In this document: piece after piece, positions 1-13,589 of the stretch | How the letters are laid out: every line of letters starts with the position of its first letter | Position numbering within the stretch: position 1 is the stretch's first letter | From: Eledone cirrhosa | Lineage: Eukaryota | Length of the DNA stretch: 64,000 nt | Assembly (NCBI GenBank): GCA_964016885.1 | Contig: OZ024742.1 | Coordinates: 218,798,001 to 218,862,000, forward strand | Reading direction: 5' to 3' | The notes under the pieces: model-generated | What the model saw: the letters and a program-made list of their open reading frames with translations, nothing else | Database searches by the model: none | Told to the model about the DNA's origin: nothing | Made by a program: the position numbers and the translations under genes

Positions 1-795
1 TTACCTCGCTTTCTGCTGAAATTCAATATAAGCGAAAACATATAGTTTTGACGCTTATGTAGATGGGCTGATTAGCCTCATTTGCATATTGGAAGCTGAT
101 TGAGAGAGCTTATGTTGTTGTGGTGTATGCGTGTATATAATAATCCAAAAGATGGTATTTACAGTGGTGTGTAGACTGACCTTTGTTAAAGTGCCAATGC
201 AAGAATTGCTGTCGGGCCCTTGTCGAGAAGGCCGGAGAGTTTGGCTTGGTGCTACACATATCTGGTTGCTGGAGAAATGCTGTAACGTGTGTCTTCGGAG
301 AAACGAGTGCAGAATGTTTTTTAACAAAGTGTTAACTTGAATAAACTGCCAATGACCTTATTTGGATGTTTCTCCAGAATGGATGACGCCAAAATTTTGA
401 AACAAAGGAAAATTGAACATCGTGTTGCCCAGGGGTCAGCATACGTGGTGACACTGACCTACTTTGCTGACATCATCACAAGAGTTCAAATTACTGCTGC
501 ATACACACACACACGCGCGCACACACACATAAGTGTGTGTGTATATATAAATGTGTATGCATGTATATATACATATGCATATATATGCATGCGGGCACAC
601 ACGCACGCGCGCACACACACATAAGTGTGTGTGTATATATAAATGTGTATGCATGTATATATACATATGCATATATATGCATGCGCGCACACACGCACGC
701 GCGCACACACACATAAGTGTGTGTGTATATATAAATGTGTATGCATGTATATATACATATGCATATATATGCATGTGCATATACACACACACACA

Positions 796-858
<63 letters not shown>

Positions 859-1278
859 GTATATATATACATGTATGTATATGTATGTGTGATGTATGTG
901 TGATGTATGTGTGTGTATGTGTGTGTGTGTGTGTGTGTGCATATATATGAAAATAAGGAAAAAATCATAAAATATGATAAATTCATATGTTGAGGAAATG
1001 AATTAAGGGTGCAGTCTTTCTTGGAAGAAACTAGAACACCTCGTTTCTTTGAAGAAAGAATTCTCCAGGAATTCCACAGCCCACCTCTTTTTACAACACA
1101 TCAAATTACGTTATAAATGTTATTAATTACACTTTATTAATACTTCCGTCGCAAATCGTCATTAGTTTTCTCAGTCTTTTCTGGACATAATTACATAGTG
1201 AGGGCTAATTACATGTTTATTAAATATATGGATAAGATTTCGCACGCGTCTGTACCTATTTACACACGCACACACATA

Positions 1279-1343
<65 letters not shown>

Positions 1344-1595
1344 AACAAATGAGATATTTCAGGTGCTAATAAATTAAGTGACATCGTGTAAGTATTTTAA
1401 CCTATTTTATTATCCAGCCACATGGAAATCTTTTAGAGTTCATTTTAACGTCATCTTTTAAAGAAATGTCAAATCAACGAAGATATTGCCCGAGGTGGTA
1501 GTTTGTTTGAAATATTATTAGAGGAAGCACGTGATTAATCATAAAATTACGACCTTACATTCTTTCCCGTCAACAAAGACTTAAATTTTATTTCA

Positions 1596-2458
1596 TCTAT
1601 ATATCTAAAACAGAGAATGTCTGGCTGTCTATCTCCCTAAAACTCGAGAACCGCGCAACCGATTTTTTTCAAACTTTACTCATGTAATACTTATGGTTGT
1701 GTGAGTGTTTTGAGCAAAAAATTTCAAATTTTCAATGCTCTAGGGACCGCATTAGGCGAAAAACCGCATATTTTAGGCTTTAAAGGCTATTTTGAGGCAT
1801 AATGGAACAATAATCTAGGTGATTTCTTCAAAATTTGCATTACTTATGTCATTTAAAGTGTTTTGAGTAAAAAAGATTTTCTCATTTTTTGCCCCAGCGA
1901 CTGCATTAGGCGAAAAACCGATTTTTTGAAGCATTTTGGTTGCGTTAGGGCCTGAAACTCGTGAAATACTCAACCAATATTTTAAAAACTTTGCATATAC
2001 ATTACTTATGTTTCACAAATTTTCTTGACTGAAAAAGATTTCAAATTTTTGCCCGGGTACCGCATTGATTAGCATTTTGGTTGCATTAGGGCCTGTAACC
2101 TTAAAAGTAACCAACTAAATTCTTTCATGCTCTCCACCACTGCAGTCCCACATGCTTACTGCTCTGTAACTATTGCTTTCATTGTACCATAGAACAACAA
2201 ATACATGTTCGGTTTGTCGAATGCCTTTTTACTTAATAACCCTATCGTCTTGGCTTTCGTGGGTTGAACATTTTACTCTCAGGCACCCTATTAAGTTAAA
2301 CCCCTGGTAATCTACGATGAATTTTTTTTATAAGCACAAAATGTAGACACCATCCCCAGGCCGAGGTATTCCGTACTTCTCTGTGGTGTTTCAGAAAGGA
2401 GGGATAAACATGCCAATCTATGTTTAGAATCCCGAGCAACGCCGGGCCATTCTGCTAG
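1596..2458 (+). mobile_element. Non-autonomous Helitron (863 bp)
   Basis: 5' A|TCTATATATCTAAAA; 3' hairpin CCCGAGCAACGCCGGG followed by ...TCTGCTAG|T (A/T target); same 3' hairpin as the autonomous Helitron at 18728; internal imperfect tandem repeats (GCATTAGGCGAAAAACCG). Confidence 0.85.
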
Positions 2459-2596
2459 TATATTTTAAAACGTCTGCTGTACTACTTAGTTGGCTAACTA
2501 TTCACTAATATTAGTTTCTTATATAGGCCACATTTTGGGGTGGAGTAGTGAGGTGGTGTGGGGACTGATGATTCTATTGATCTAGCACCTAACTGG

Positions 2597-2791
2597 CAGA
2601 CCAGTCAATTTTCCCCGTCCGACGGGGAAATATCCCCGTTTTGGCTCATTTCTCCCCATTTCCCCGTTTTTGTGAAAATGGGTATAGCATTCATTATGTA
2701 AAATCTCCCAATTTTGCCACATTTCTCCCCATTTTGAGGAACTTTTTTTCTTGGTAGTCCCCTTTTGGGATTTTAGAGGTAGGCAGGTCTG
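2597..2791. mobile_element. MITE-like DNA element
   Basis: Imperfect TIRs CAGACCAGTCAA ... TAGGCAGGTCTG flanked by AACTGG on both sides; related partial copy at ~34690-34812. Confidence 0.55.
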
Positions 2792-3439
2792 AACTGGTAT
2801 TTTATTTTTTCGACCCTGGAAGAGTGAAAGGCAAAGTTGCACTCGATGAGTTTTGAACTCAGAAAGTAGAGAGCCGCGATTAAATGCCATGTGGTATTTT
2901 GTCCGATTCTCTAATAATTCTGTTAATCCATTTATCTATCTTTTGTTTGGCTGCAAGGTTTATGTATGCTTTAAAGGAGAAGAAATTGGTTGGGGCGTAA
3001 ATGGTTAAACTTATATCTGTTTACTGAGAGTTTATCACTTGTCATGGTGCTCGCCATCTTTCACTAATATTGGTTCTTAATGTTGGCACAGACCACAAAG
3101 GGAGGTTATAATCAATTTGATCGACTTGAGTATTTCACTGGTACTTATTTTATCGACTCCAGAAAGATGATATCAGTAGGATTTGAAACTCAGAACATAA
3201 AGGGACACAATTAGATACTATAAGGCAGTTATCGAACCGACAAGAAACTTGTTTGGTTGTTTGACAAAAGAAATGACCACATACATTTCCCCCAAATCAC
3301 CCTACAGTATTAACAAATTAAGGGCACATTTAATTATATAATCCTGCATATAAAAACAGGATGATCATGGATGGAATTATTGCACACACACATACACACA
3401 CGCAGCATACACCACAACAACATAAGCCTATTCAATCAG

Positions 3440-3765
3440 ACAATGAAATTGCATCGCTTTGTGCTTAGGGTGCTCGGTTATGATCTCAAAGTTGAGAGTT
3501 CGATTCCTGGCGGCGCATTGTATCCGTGAGCGAGACATTTTATTTTACGTTGTTCCAGTCCACTCAGCTACAAAAATTGAGTTGTATCTGTAATTTGAAA
3601 ACCAATCTTGTCACACTGTCTCACGCTGAATCTTCCTGAGAATTACGTTAAGCATTTCACTCCTGACTTTTAAATGCTCAGCTACTTGCACGTTAATTTT
3701 ATGAGCAAGCCGTTCCATTGATCGAACCAACTAGAACACTGGTAGTTGGAACCGACAGAATGTCA
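3440..3765 (+). mobile_element. Degenerate tRNA-derived (CORE-type) SINE
   Basis: B-box-like GAGTTCGATTCC followed by TGTATCCGTGAGCGAGACATTT, similar to the heads of the SINEs at 28041 and 31236. Confidence 0.55.
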
Positions 3766-5187
3766 GTTAATACATTTTCCAGTCTAACAACACCATCTGA
3801 TCCCCAGGTTGCTTTAACAGAGTTCACTTTGTTGCAAGTATTTGGGCAAAGTCTCCGTTTTAAGCACATTACCTACAAGTCGTTCAGTTTTCTTTTCTTT
3901 CACCTCCACTAAACGTGAAGTTCTGGTAAAACATCAAAAAGCGATACCATTCTCTTTCTTTTGATTAAGCTATAAAACAAATTTTAAAAAGGAATGGCAG
4001 TGTTTATGCATGAGAAACGAGTTCACTCATGCAAGCTCTTTCTCTCTTTAGTATCCCTAAAGTTCTCTCTTTGACTTCATTATTACTTCACCAGTCAGTA
4101 ATACTAAATATTTCTCTCATCTAATAGTTACTGTTTAATCTCAATTAAACACAAAATATTGATTTCTTATATAGGCAAACACAAGAAATAACAATTTATC
4201 GTATTGACACAAGGCTAAAAATGATAGGAGAGAATCGTTGATTTTTATTGATCATAGTACTTGACTGGTATATATGTTATCGACCTTGGAGGAATGAAAG
4301 GTAAAGTCAACTTCGATTTTATTTCAGAACTTAAAGGGTTGTAACTAAATACCGCTACAACTATTGTCCAAACCCACCACCCTAATGTAATACAAAATAC
4401 TGAGACGTCTGTAAACCACAATCAACAGTTTTTAGATCTAAGACACAAAGGTTCAATATTTTAAAGGATGGGGTATATGGTAAGTTTTTACAGCTATGCT
4501 GATGCTTAACAGGGAATTTTAATCAAGGAATAAACATCCCATCTTTTATTCATATATGTATACAGGACTAAATTGTTCTCACGAGATTTCCTCTTTGTTG
4601 CCTTGTCTTCATGAGTTTAAACAGAACTCAAGATTTGTGGCTAGGTTTCATCCATTTACACTTGAAATTTCTAGAAGTAATCAAATTCTATTCTGATAGA
4701 TTCTTCCATCACATATTTTGCTTATTAAATTCTCTTCCGTTATTGCTGTCCTGACCATTACAATTTGTAAAAATTCAAAAGCAACATCAATCGTCATCTA
4801 CTCTTTCCTTGAATTATGTTCTCTGTTTTGTCCTTTTTCTTTCTCATTGTAGTGGCCCTATTGCATTGATTGGGGTGAGTAAAAACAAAAAAACAAACTA
4901 TCCAGTATCTTCTTCCTTATTGTAAAGATGGCAGGTTGTGGTTCGAGAGAGATTTAGTTGCTATTTCTAGTAAGTTGAGAGACTGCGTACAAGCACCCTT
5001 TTAGTGTGTTCGTGTGTTTCTTAAGACCGTTAGTGCCGTAAACGACAGAAACTATGTTTCACTAGAAATGGAAACCAAATAGTGTCGTCGACAAGCTACA
5101 ACTTTACGTGGTGGTGGTTGTGGATCAAAGTTTCCGAATTAGAATTAAATTGTACAAAGAATTGAAAGTATGATGGGAGCCACTTAC

Positions 5188-5733
5188 CTTATTTTCTCTG
5201 TGAGTTTCTTTTAAAGGGAGGCTTTTCCGTAAAAGTTGTCTTGGTGAGGTATCCGCCATTATAGGATCCTGTAAGATCCTGTAAGAATCTGACCGGCTAT
5301 CACTGCCGCATTGATACATTGTATCAACATCATCGAATGCCAGATCTAACGAACCATTTTGTTTCCTGCGTGAAATAAGATGAATCACACGTTCGGACTC
5401 TGGCCGATGAATTTGTCCATTAGAAGGCCAAGGAAAGTTTAGGGGTACTTCATTATAGTTTATTACATCAAAACATTGTGATCTCCCTGATTCACTGCTA
5501 TCTGAGGATGTTAAATACTGAAGCCTCTGTAAATTAAGCTGCTGTGTTGAATTTTTCAGACGTTGATGTGAAAACGTTACATAATCGTTTTGTCTGGTGC
5601 GATTGAAAGACGGTTTGGTAAAGGGTTTTATGGGCTGAATATTTACAGTAACCTCTTTCGATGATGGCATCGTCACTTTAGAAGAATATCCACCATTATT
5701 ATAATAATTATGTCTCGGTATGAGATATGACAT
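5188..5733 (-). CDS. Probable first coding exon of an unidentified host gene (182 codons, Ser-rich)
   Basis: Non-repetitive ORF MSYLIPRH...THRENK ending in phase 0 at a strong donor AAG|GTAAGT (5187); pyrimidine-rich acceptor TTTTAG at 5866 upstream; in-frame stop between acceptor and ATG 5733. Confidence 0.6.
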
Positions 5734-6700
5734 ATTTTGTATTTTACTTTTTCTGTTATATTGTAATCCAATATTAGGTTCCACAATGTTGGAAAATTCC
5801 ACACCTCCGTTTCTTTCTTTTCAAACCAAGTTTATTCATCAGAACGAAACCAAAGTTGTACGTGTCTAAAATATATGAAATAAAATAAAATAAATTGTTG
5901 TTGATATTTTAAAGAAAGAGAGAGGGAGAGAGGTGGTGGAGGAGAGATGAGAGAAAAAAATAATCCTATAGTTGTTTAGCTCCAGGTCAACACATACGTT
6001 ATCAAATGTGTCCTTTCATTTCCAAAGACATTGTGGTATAATTTGAGGAAGCTGTGACTGTCATTTCTAGCATCTTGAATGACCAGGTAGAGGCTCTCTC
6101 GTTAGCTCCAGAGTTCTACAGGTAATTGGGTAGGAAAAGGTACCACTGACAACTTTGTCTTCAATCTTGCGTATCAAGTTCCGATCATTTCGACGGAATC
6201 CAATCGCTCTGAAGCACTTCTGCCAAATTCGTTTTTAATTTGGTGTATCAAACCCTAATCAGTTCGGTGGATGCTAATCACTCTCAGTATTTCTGCTCTA
6301 CCAAATCAGGGTAGGAATCAATCGCACCAGCACCAGTTAACGAACCACTCTTCAATGTTACAGTGCTGTTACTTCTGTGTACCACTAGAAACCTGCTCTA
6401 GTCACCAGGAGGGGTAAAGTAGACAAGAGTGAAGTTTTAAACTCGTTAGACCACCACTCAACTGAGTACGTGATACAGGGATAGTAAGGTATGGCTATAT
6501 TAGAGTCGAAGCCTGACGGCTGAACTCTTGCCGTTTAAACAGCTAGTTCCAGACTATATATATATATAGAGAGAGATCAGGAGTTTATATAAGACCATTA
6601 TTCAGCAGAGTACTCGATACTTGGGATAGTAGAGTATGACTATATTAAAGAGAGTCGGGGCCCGACGGCTGAGCTCTTGCCGACGACAGCTAATTCCAGA

Positions 6701-6761
<61 letters not shown>

Positions 6762-7129
6762 TATTTATTCTTTATCATTAATATTAATATAAAAAACAAT
6801 AATTATATTTTTTAGAGAAGGGCTTCAAATTTCCCATAGCTTAGAGCCCCACCAGGTGAAAGTCGGACCCTGTGAAGGGGCGCATAAAATGACATTCAGT
6901 AAGATTCTTATTCTATCTTTAAAATAAAAATTTTAAGTAGCATGTAGTCCAAATAAAAAAAATCGAAGTGCATCACTTAAATGTTGCGTAATCTGCTACT
7001 TGTGTTCTAATCTGGCATCCGTATGTATGTATGTATGTATGTATGTATGTATGTATGTATGTATGTATGTATGTATGTATGTATGTATGTATGTACGTAC
7101 GTACGTATGTATGTATGTATGTATGTATG

Positions 7130-7161
<32 letters not shown>

Positions 7162-7600
7162 CTTGGTGGGGTTGCCGGTTTAGTCGCCGACGACCCGACC
7201 ATGCGACAGGTTGTACTGGGTTACATGTTACCAGTAGCACTCAAGAGTGACCCGACATAGTTTACTTGGTGAGGAGAGTGATTTTGGACACTCTGCAGGA
7301 CAACAAACAAAACCTGACAAAGGGCGGAAGAACTCATAATATATATATATAGGAACACGTATGACCCCGACGGCAGAGCTCAAGCCGTTTCGAGTCCAGA
7401 ATTAGCCGTCGAAACGGCTTGAGCTCTGATGTCGGGGACATACTTGTTCCTATTACCCACTCTACTACCCTAAGCATTGAGTACTTTGGTGCGTTATGAT
7501 CCATCTGGTTCCTTGCCACATTTCCTTCGTTATATATATATATATATATAAGTATGTATGTATACGTACATACATATATGTGTACAGACGTACAGTAGCA

Positions 7601-7682
<82 letters not shown>

Positions 7683-7847
7683 CACATATGCATACAGGTA
7701 CACATACATATATGCACGCATCAGTTTAGCCGACGTTTATTATAACGCAGCTTTGTTCGCTTGTTTGTCAACAAATCGAACAGCCTGAATTTATGCCATA
7801 CGGTGTTAGGGCAACCACGTCACCTTTTTGTTCAACACTGACACAGG

Positions 7848-7892
7848 AACGATGTACTAGTTTCAAGCTTGTTAGCTATCATCAGCACCGTT
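7848..7892 (-). ncRNA. Minimal type I hammerhead ribozyme (inverted copy of 8190-8234)
   Basis: Reverse complement of the 8190-8234 motif. Confidence 0.85.
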
Positions 7893-8189
7893 TACCCATC
7901 TGCCAGATAGTTGAACGTTCGAAAGTATATACTTTCCTTATGAAAATTAACGGCTGCTACTGTACGTCTGTATACATATATGTATGTACGTATACATACA
8001 TACTTACATTTAAGTAAGTGCCATACTAAGAGTGAGAAATGAAATTTCGTTTTCATTTTTTTTTCAACTTGTCGTTTTCGTATGCCTGACCGATTTAACT
8101 CACTCAATATGCAAATTAGGCTGCTCAGCCGTTAACTTTCATAAGGAAAGTATATACTTTCGAACGTTCAACTATCTGGCAGATGGGTA

Positions 8190-8234
8190 AACGGTGCTGA
8201 TGATAGCTAACAAGCTTGAAACTAGTACATCGTT
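8190..8234 (+). ncRNA. Minimal type I hammerhead ribozyme
   Basis: AACGGTG-CTGATGA-tAGC taacaa GCTt-GAAA-CTAG-TA-CATCGTT: 7-bp stem I, palindromic stem III ACTAGT, GUA site. Confidence 0.88.
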
Positions 8235-8399
8235 CCTGTGTCAGTGTTGAACAAAAAGGTGACGTGGTTGCCTTAACACCGTATGGCATAAATTCAGGCT
8301 GTTCGATTTGTTGACAAACAAGCGAACAAAGCTGCGTTATAATAAACGTCGGCTAAACTGATGCGTGCATATATGTATGTGTACCTGTATGCATATGTT

Positions 8400-8451
<52 letters not shown>

Positions 8452-8687
8452 TGCTACTGTACGTCTGTATACATATATGTATGTACGTATACATACATAC
8501 TTACATTTAAGTAAGTGCCATACTAAGAGTGAGAAATGAAATTTCGTTTTCATTTTTTTTTCAACTTATATATATATATATATAGAAAGGATAAAAAGGA
8601 CGATTGATTATTCCTTCATTGCATTTATTGATAGGTGACGAGCGTTTCGCCACTGATCAGCTCAAGGTATATATTTATTTATATATA

Positions 8688-8851
<164 letters not shown>

Positions 8852-10143
8852 AGTCAACGGCCATCCAAAAGTGTGTAAATATGTATATACACATGTACCG
8901 CGCGGTTAAACGACTGGGAGTGAAGGACCCCTCGACTTTGTCAGGGCATTCTTCTAGGAGAAGGCAGCTCAGGAAACTGGGATAACTCCGATATAAAACC
9001 TGCGGCTCAGTAGTTACCAATGATGTTGATCTTTTCTTCTTTTCAGGTTATAGCTACTGTCGCTCAGAGAGTGGGATTGGCTCAGTGCACAGTCTTTCCT
9101 CACTTTAAAAAATATCTTCACGCACAGGCATTGCACGATAGAATTAATTAATAATTATTAATAATGGTATATCATGCAATGGCCATACTCGATAACGAGG
9201 GGGCAGCCATCATGTATGTATGTATGTATGTATGTATGTATGTATGTATGTATGTATGTATGTATGTATGTGTATATATGTGTGTGTGTATGTATGTATG
9301 CATGTATGTATAAACATACATGTATGTATATACATGTATATATGTATGTATGTATGTATGTATATGCATGTATATACATGTATATATGCATGTATATATG
9401 TATGGGAGAGATGACCCCTTAGCCTTTGTCAAGGCAGAATTCTAGGAGAAGGAAAACTCTGATATAACACCTGCAACCCTGATGGTATCCAATGATGTTG
9501 ACTTGTTCTTCTTTTTGGTAAATATCGTCTTGGTTAAGAGAGTGGGACTGGCTTTGTGCAGTGCCCTTGCTTACTATAAAAGCTTCACGGCACAGGCATT
9601 GCTTTATATCTGGAGATCTCTCTGCACTTGTCGTCACATGGTACCATGGGCCCAGCACTATGTGTCAATAATTGTCACAGGTGTAGTGTTTGTACCAGGG
9701 TTTTCAAGTCGCTGGCTGGACTAAAAAGACACACTCGTTCAGCGCATCGGTAGGGGTTCTCCTACATGGATATAAAGTAGTGGCCGTACTCGAAAACGAG
9801 TTGGCAGCCACCATATATGTATGTACATACATGTATATCTATATAATACTAAAAAGTCTGTGATTGCTTGCTTGATTACTTGTCTGTAATGTAATACAGC
9901 CAAAAGGGCGCATAATGGGAAAATACTTTGAAAGGAAGTTGCCCCTGAAATGGGAATACACAGGAAATAAAACAGGTTTCGCGTAAATCGGACCACGGGT
10001 TCCCGAGATATGGGGTTTTTCCGGGTACCTTCTAAAGCAAAGAGAGAGAAAGATAGAGAAGAAGAGATAGTGGTTGTGACAGAGTAGATTGAAAGAGAGA
10101 CAAGGAGAGGAGACAGAGAAGGAGAATGGAAGAGAGCTGGTGT

Positions 10144-10214
<71 letters not shown>

Positions 10215-10432
10215 ACAAATACACATTTATATATACACACACGTATATATATGGGCCTTCCAGTTTCATTTCACATTATATACATGTCTGTGTATATTTT
10301 AAATTATTTAAAAATTATTTTTAAGTGAACATGATTTAAAAAAAATATTTTGAAGTGAATGTGACCCAAATGGGTCACGGGTAGTCTAACATATATTAAA
10401 ATTGACAAGAATTATTAATTCTTACTTCCCTT

Positions 10433-10556
10433 TACAATCTGAGTTCAAATCCCGCCGAGGTTGACTTTGCCTTTCATCCTTACGGTGTCGATAAAATAAA
10501 GTACCAGTAATACACTGGGATAATTGCTGGCCTTGTGCCTAAAGTAGAAACAATTA
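10433..10556 (+). mobile_element. tRNA-derived SINE, 5'-truncated (family also at 16378-16587, 27525-27730, 29168-29356, 30750-30850)
   Basis: GAGTTCAAATCCCGCCGAGGTTGACTTTGCCTTTCATCC...GTCGATAAAATAAAGTACCAG...AAAGTAGAAACAATT, many near-identical copies in window; central part resembles the Meta-SINE domain. Confidence 0.8.
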
Positions 10557-10948
10557 TTAATTCTTACTTGTTGAGTTTTGCTGTTTAGTATACTCCTATT
10601 TATCATATAAGCGTGAGAATAACTTCATAATCGATCACAAAATTTCTCATCACCATGTTCAATTATATCACCACCACCACCACCACCACCATCACCATCA
10701 CATTATCATTATCATCATCATTATCATCATCATTAAGATCTATTCATACATAGTACTGAGTACTGTCAAATATTGCCGTATATATTTACAGAGGACGTTA
10801 GACTAAACTAAATCATCAGCGAGTTTCTGATTCGTCTTCCTTTCTTTTCTATATTAATTCTTCTAATTAATCATTTCCTTTCTTCCTGTCATGCTTTCTT
10901 GAAAAAATCCCCTCTCTCTTCAATTCCCCCTCGCTCTCTCACTCTTCA

Positions 10949-11008
<60 letters not shown>

Positions 11009-11329
11009 CTATCTATCTCTATATGCCCCTCTCTCTGTCGTTTCTTACTCGTCATGGAATGCTGACATAATTATTTTCCCTTCATATGTTTATGAGTTAT
11101 AATTTCGTCATTGTATCTCATACCTCTTGACCACAATACTCTCTTGACCATAAATACATAAGCAATAATAATTTAGTTTCTATCAACAGTGATGTTTAAG
11201 TGTAAATCTTTAAGTAACTCATTGAGTTATTTATACAACTGTGAATAAAATGTCTGTGTGGTAAATACATATATACATATGTACCAGGTCCGAGCACAAA
11301 GGAACCAAACTCCCACTGTCACTGCCTCC

Positions 11330-11630
11330 GTCCCTCCCGCTCTTCCCATCTTTCACTATTATGAGCAAATGGGGCCCCACGCACAGGCCGCCCCGTGACC
11401 CCGGCGGACAGAATTGAGGAGTTTTCCCGGAGGATGGTGAGGGAGACGCACTGGAAGAGCCATTCCAGCTCGCGAGGCTTACACTTGCTGGTAGCCAACT
11501 CTGTGTCGATGGTGGTGAGTAGGGAAGTGGTCATAGAGCCAGGGACACCAGAAGTCTCCACTGCTACGGGCTCGACCGCAAACCTGTCAGAGAGCGACCG
11601 ATACAACATTGGTGACCCGCTAAAAATAAT
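11330..11630 (-). mobile_element. 3' fragment of RLE-type (CRE-like) non-LTR retrotransposon
   Basis: Translates VAVETSGVPG...PRELEWLFQCVSLTILRENSSILSA, matching the AVETxG...WLFQRxSxAxxRGN C-terminus; homologous copies at 32325-32550 and 39540-39775. Confidence 0.7.
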
Positions 11631-13589
11631 AACCAAATTTTCCTTAAATCATACAGTACTGATTTGGGAAAGGAAAGACATATTGGAAGAAGTAGCTCTA
11701 CATGATTCTATAAATTCGGGATGGTCAAAGCTGGAATCCCGTTGATCACAAGTCTACTCTGCAATACTAAAAGTGTATGCAGGCCTCTGTAACAAAATGC
11801 TAACTTTGTGCTCTAAAGAAGCTATAAAAATGGGACAAACGGTAGTATTAGGAACCATGAAGTAATGCTACTAATCAATAACTTGATGAGTGTCAGTTAC
11901 GTCTATAGATTTAATCTTTTAATGTTTTAAAAAATCTTTATGATTGATTAGCTTTGCGGTCTTCCAGATCTGGATTTGTGTGTAGAACGTGTAAAACGGC
12001 TTTTGCTTTTGCCTGTTAGAAAAGGAATTTCCAGCCAACTGGAGTTAACAGGGGGGGGGGGGGGAGAGAAATGCTGTATAAATGATTAGAAACAAATCTA
12101 GTGAAATATTGGGTGGAAACTCATGAAAAAGGAAAGGAATTTCAAAATATTAATTTCTTACGTCACGTGGATGCAAGATCAGACACAAATCAGTGATACC
12201 CCACCATCCCACTTCACTGCCACCCCCCTCCAATACTCACCATACAATAAATATACGAATGATTGAATCGCCAAAATGTCGGTATTTTATATTTTCAACT
12301 TTGCTTTTCACTATTTCGGAGTTGATAAAATTTCAAGCCCTTCATTATCAGACTCGGCTCCTGGCTGGTGTTTTCTGTCACCTCTCAACGTATTCCCATT
12401 CTTTACTCTTCCCTAATATACCCCCCCCCCCCAAAAAAAAAAAAAAATAAAAATAGAACAAAATCCGCTGGAGAATTCCCATTCTTCCATAATTCCCATG
12501 GTCTCGGTTCAAATTGAACCCTACACATCACATCTTTCCTGCAATCCATACATCCTATTCCCTATTAAGACTCAAATTTCTCAACCTCTATCTACAATTC
12601 ATCTCAGCTGTCCAGGATGCATTTATGTAGACTCACCTTTTCCATCTATATTCTATCAACAACAACTTCTTGTTATTCTGGTTCAAAGTAACTTTTCCTT
12701 ATTCCTCCACGTATTTTCGCTTCATTAACCACTTTCCAAACTTCTCAAACCACCAACAACTCTTGGACTATATCCTCCCCTGCATTTAAGACATATACCT
12801 CTCTTATCTCACTCCATAGTCATCGTCCTCAGTGACGTCATTGAACACAGCTCTTCGTGGTTATCCTTGTTATCCCATACCGGTGTACAAAATGGAAACT
12901 TTTACAATCCTGAATTCTTTACACCAATTTGCTTCACCCCACCCCACACACAGACTTATATCCCTGACCAACATACAGGCAATCCAAACACTTGATGTTT
13001 CTCACTTCCAAACCTAACCTTTACAAGACCACAATTGTTTCTGTCTATACCACGTCGTTCGACCACCCTACAACCAAAATACACAGGACCAAGAGAACCC
13101 CCCCATAAAGTCACATTCAGTACTTACCCCGGGGGTCAATACGAGTAATGGTATGTTGTTTCATGTGTAATTTGCTAAGATCATAATGATATGCTACTAA
13201 TTAGCCAAACAGATAATTCAGAACGATAGATCAAGAAACCATGTTGGTCCTGCGGAGGACATTTATTCTCAAATGTCTAAATTATTGTTTTTAAATGTGG
13301 TCAAGGCGTAATTTTAAACTAACTGCAGAAGATAGCCCCAATTACTAAAAGAGGCTGTCAAGAACTAAGATTCCAATCAATATCTTTGAACAAAACTAAA
13401 TGCAGAATCTTCCAAAACAGAAACAAAACACTATTATCAGAAAAATAAAAAGAACAAAAAAAAAACCTAACAAACTAAAATACTGCCAACAGCACACATT
13501 CGATTGCTATTGCACTGCTCGAATCGAAAACATATAATCTCCAAAAATGCATGAAGACTATCATCAATAACCAAAGATATGAGAAAATC

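Larger units (their letters stand above)
7549..8567 (+). mobile_element. HHR-containing non-coding mini-element, family A, copy 1 (inverted partial copy + 497-bp unit with 116-bp terminal direct repeat)
   Basis: 7549-7956 is the reverse complement of 8126-8503; 7955-8070 is directly repeated at 8452-8567; (TA)n on both sides; homologous to 62547-63237. Confidence 0.85.

Noticed and set aside
5808-5850. CTGATGA...GAAA on minus strand in the host exon
   Set aside because: No stem III or UH site; probably chance
9838-10030. Possible Helitron 5' end (TCTATATAATACT...)
   Set aside because: No matching hairpin/CTAG 3' end found
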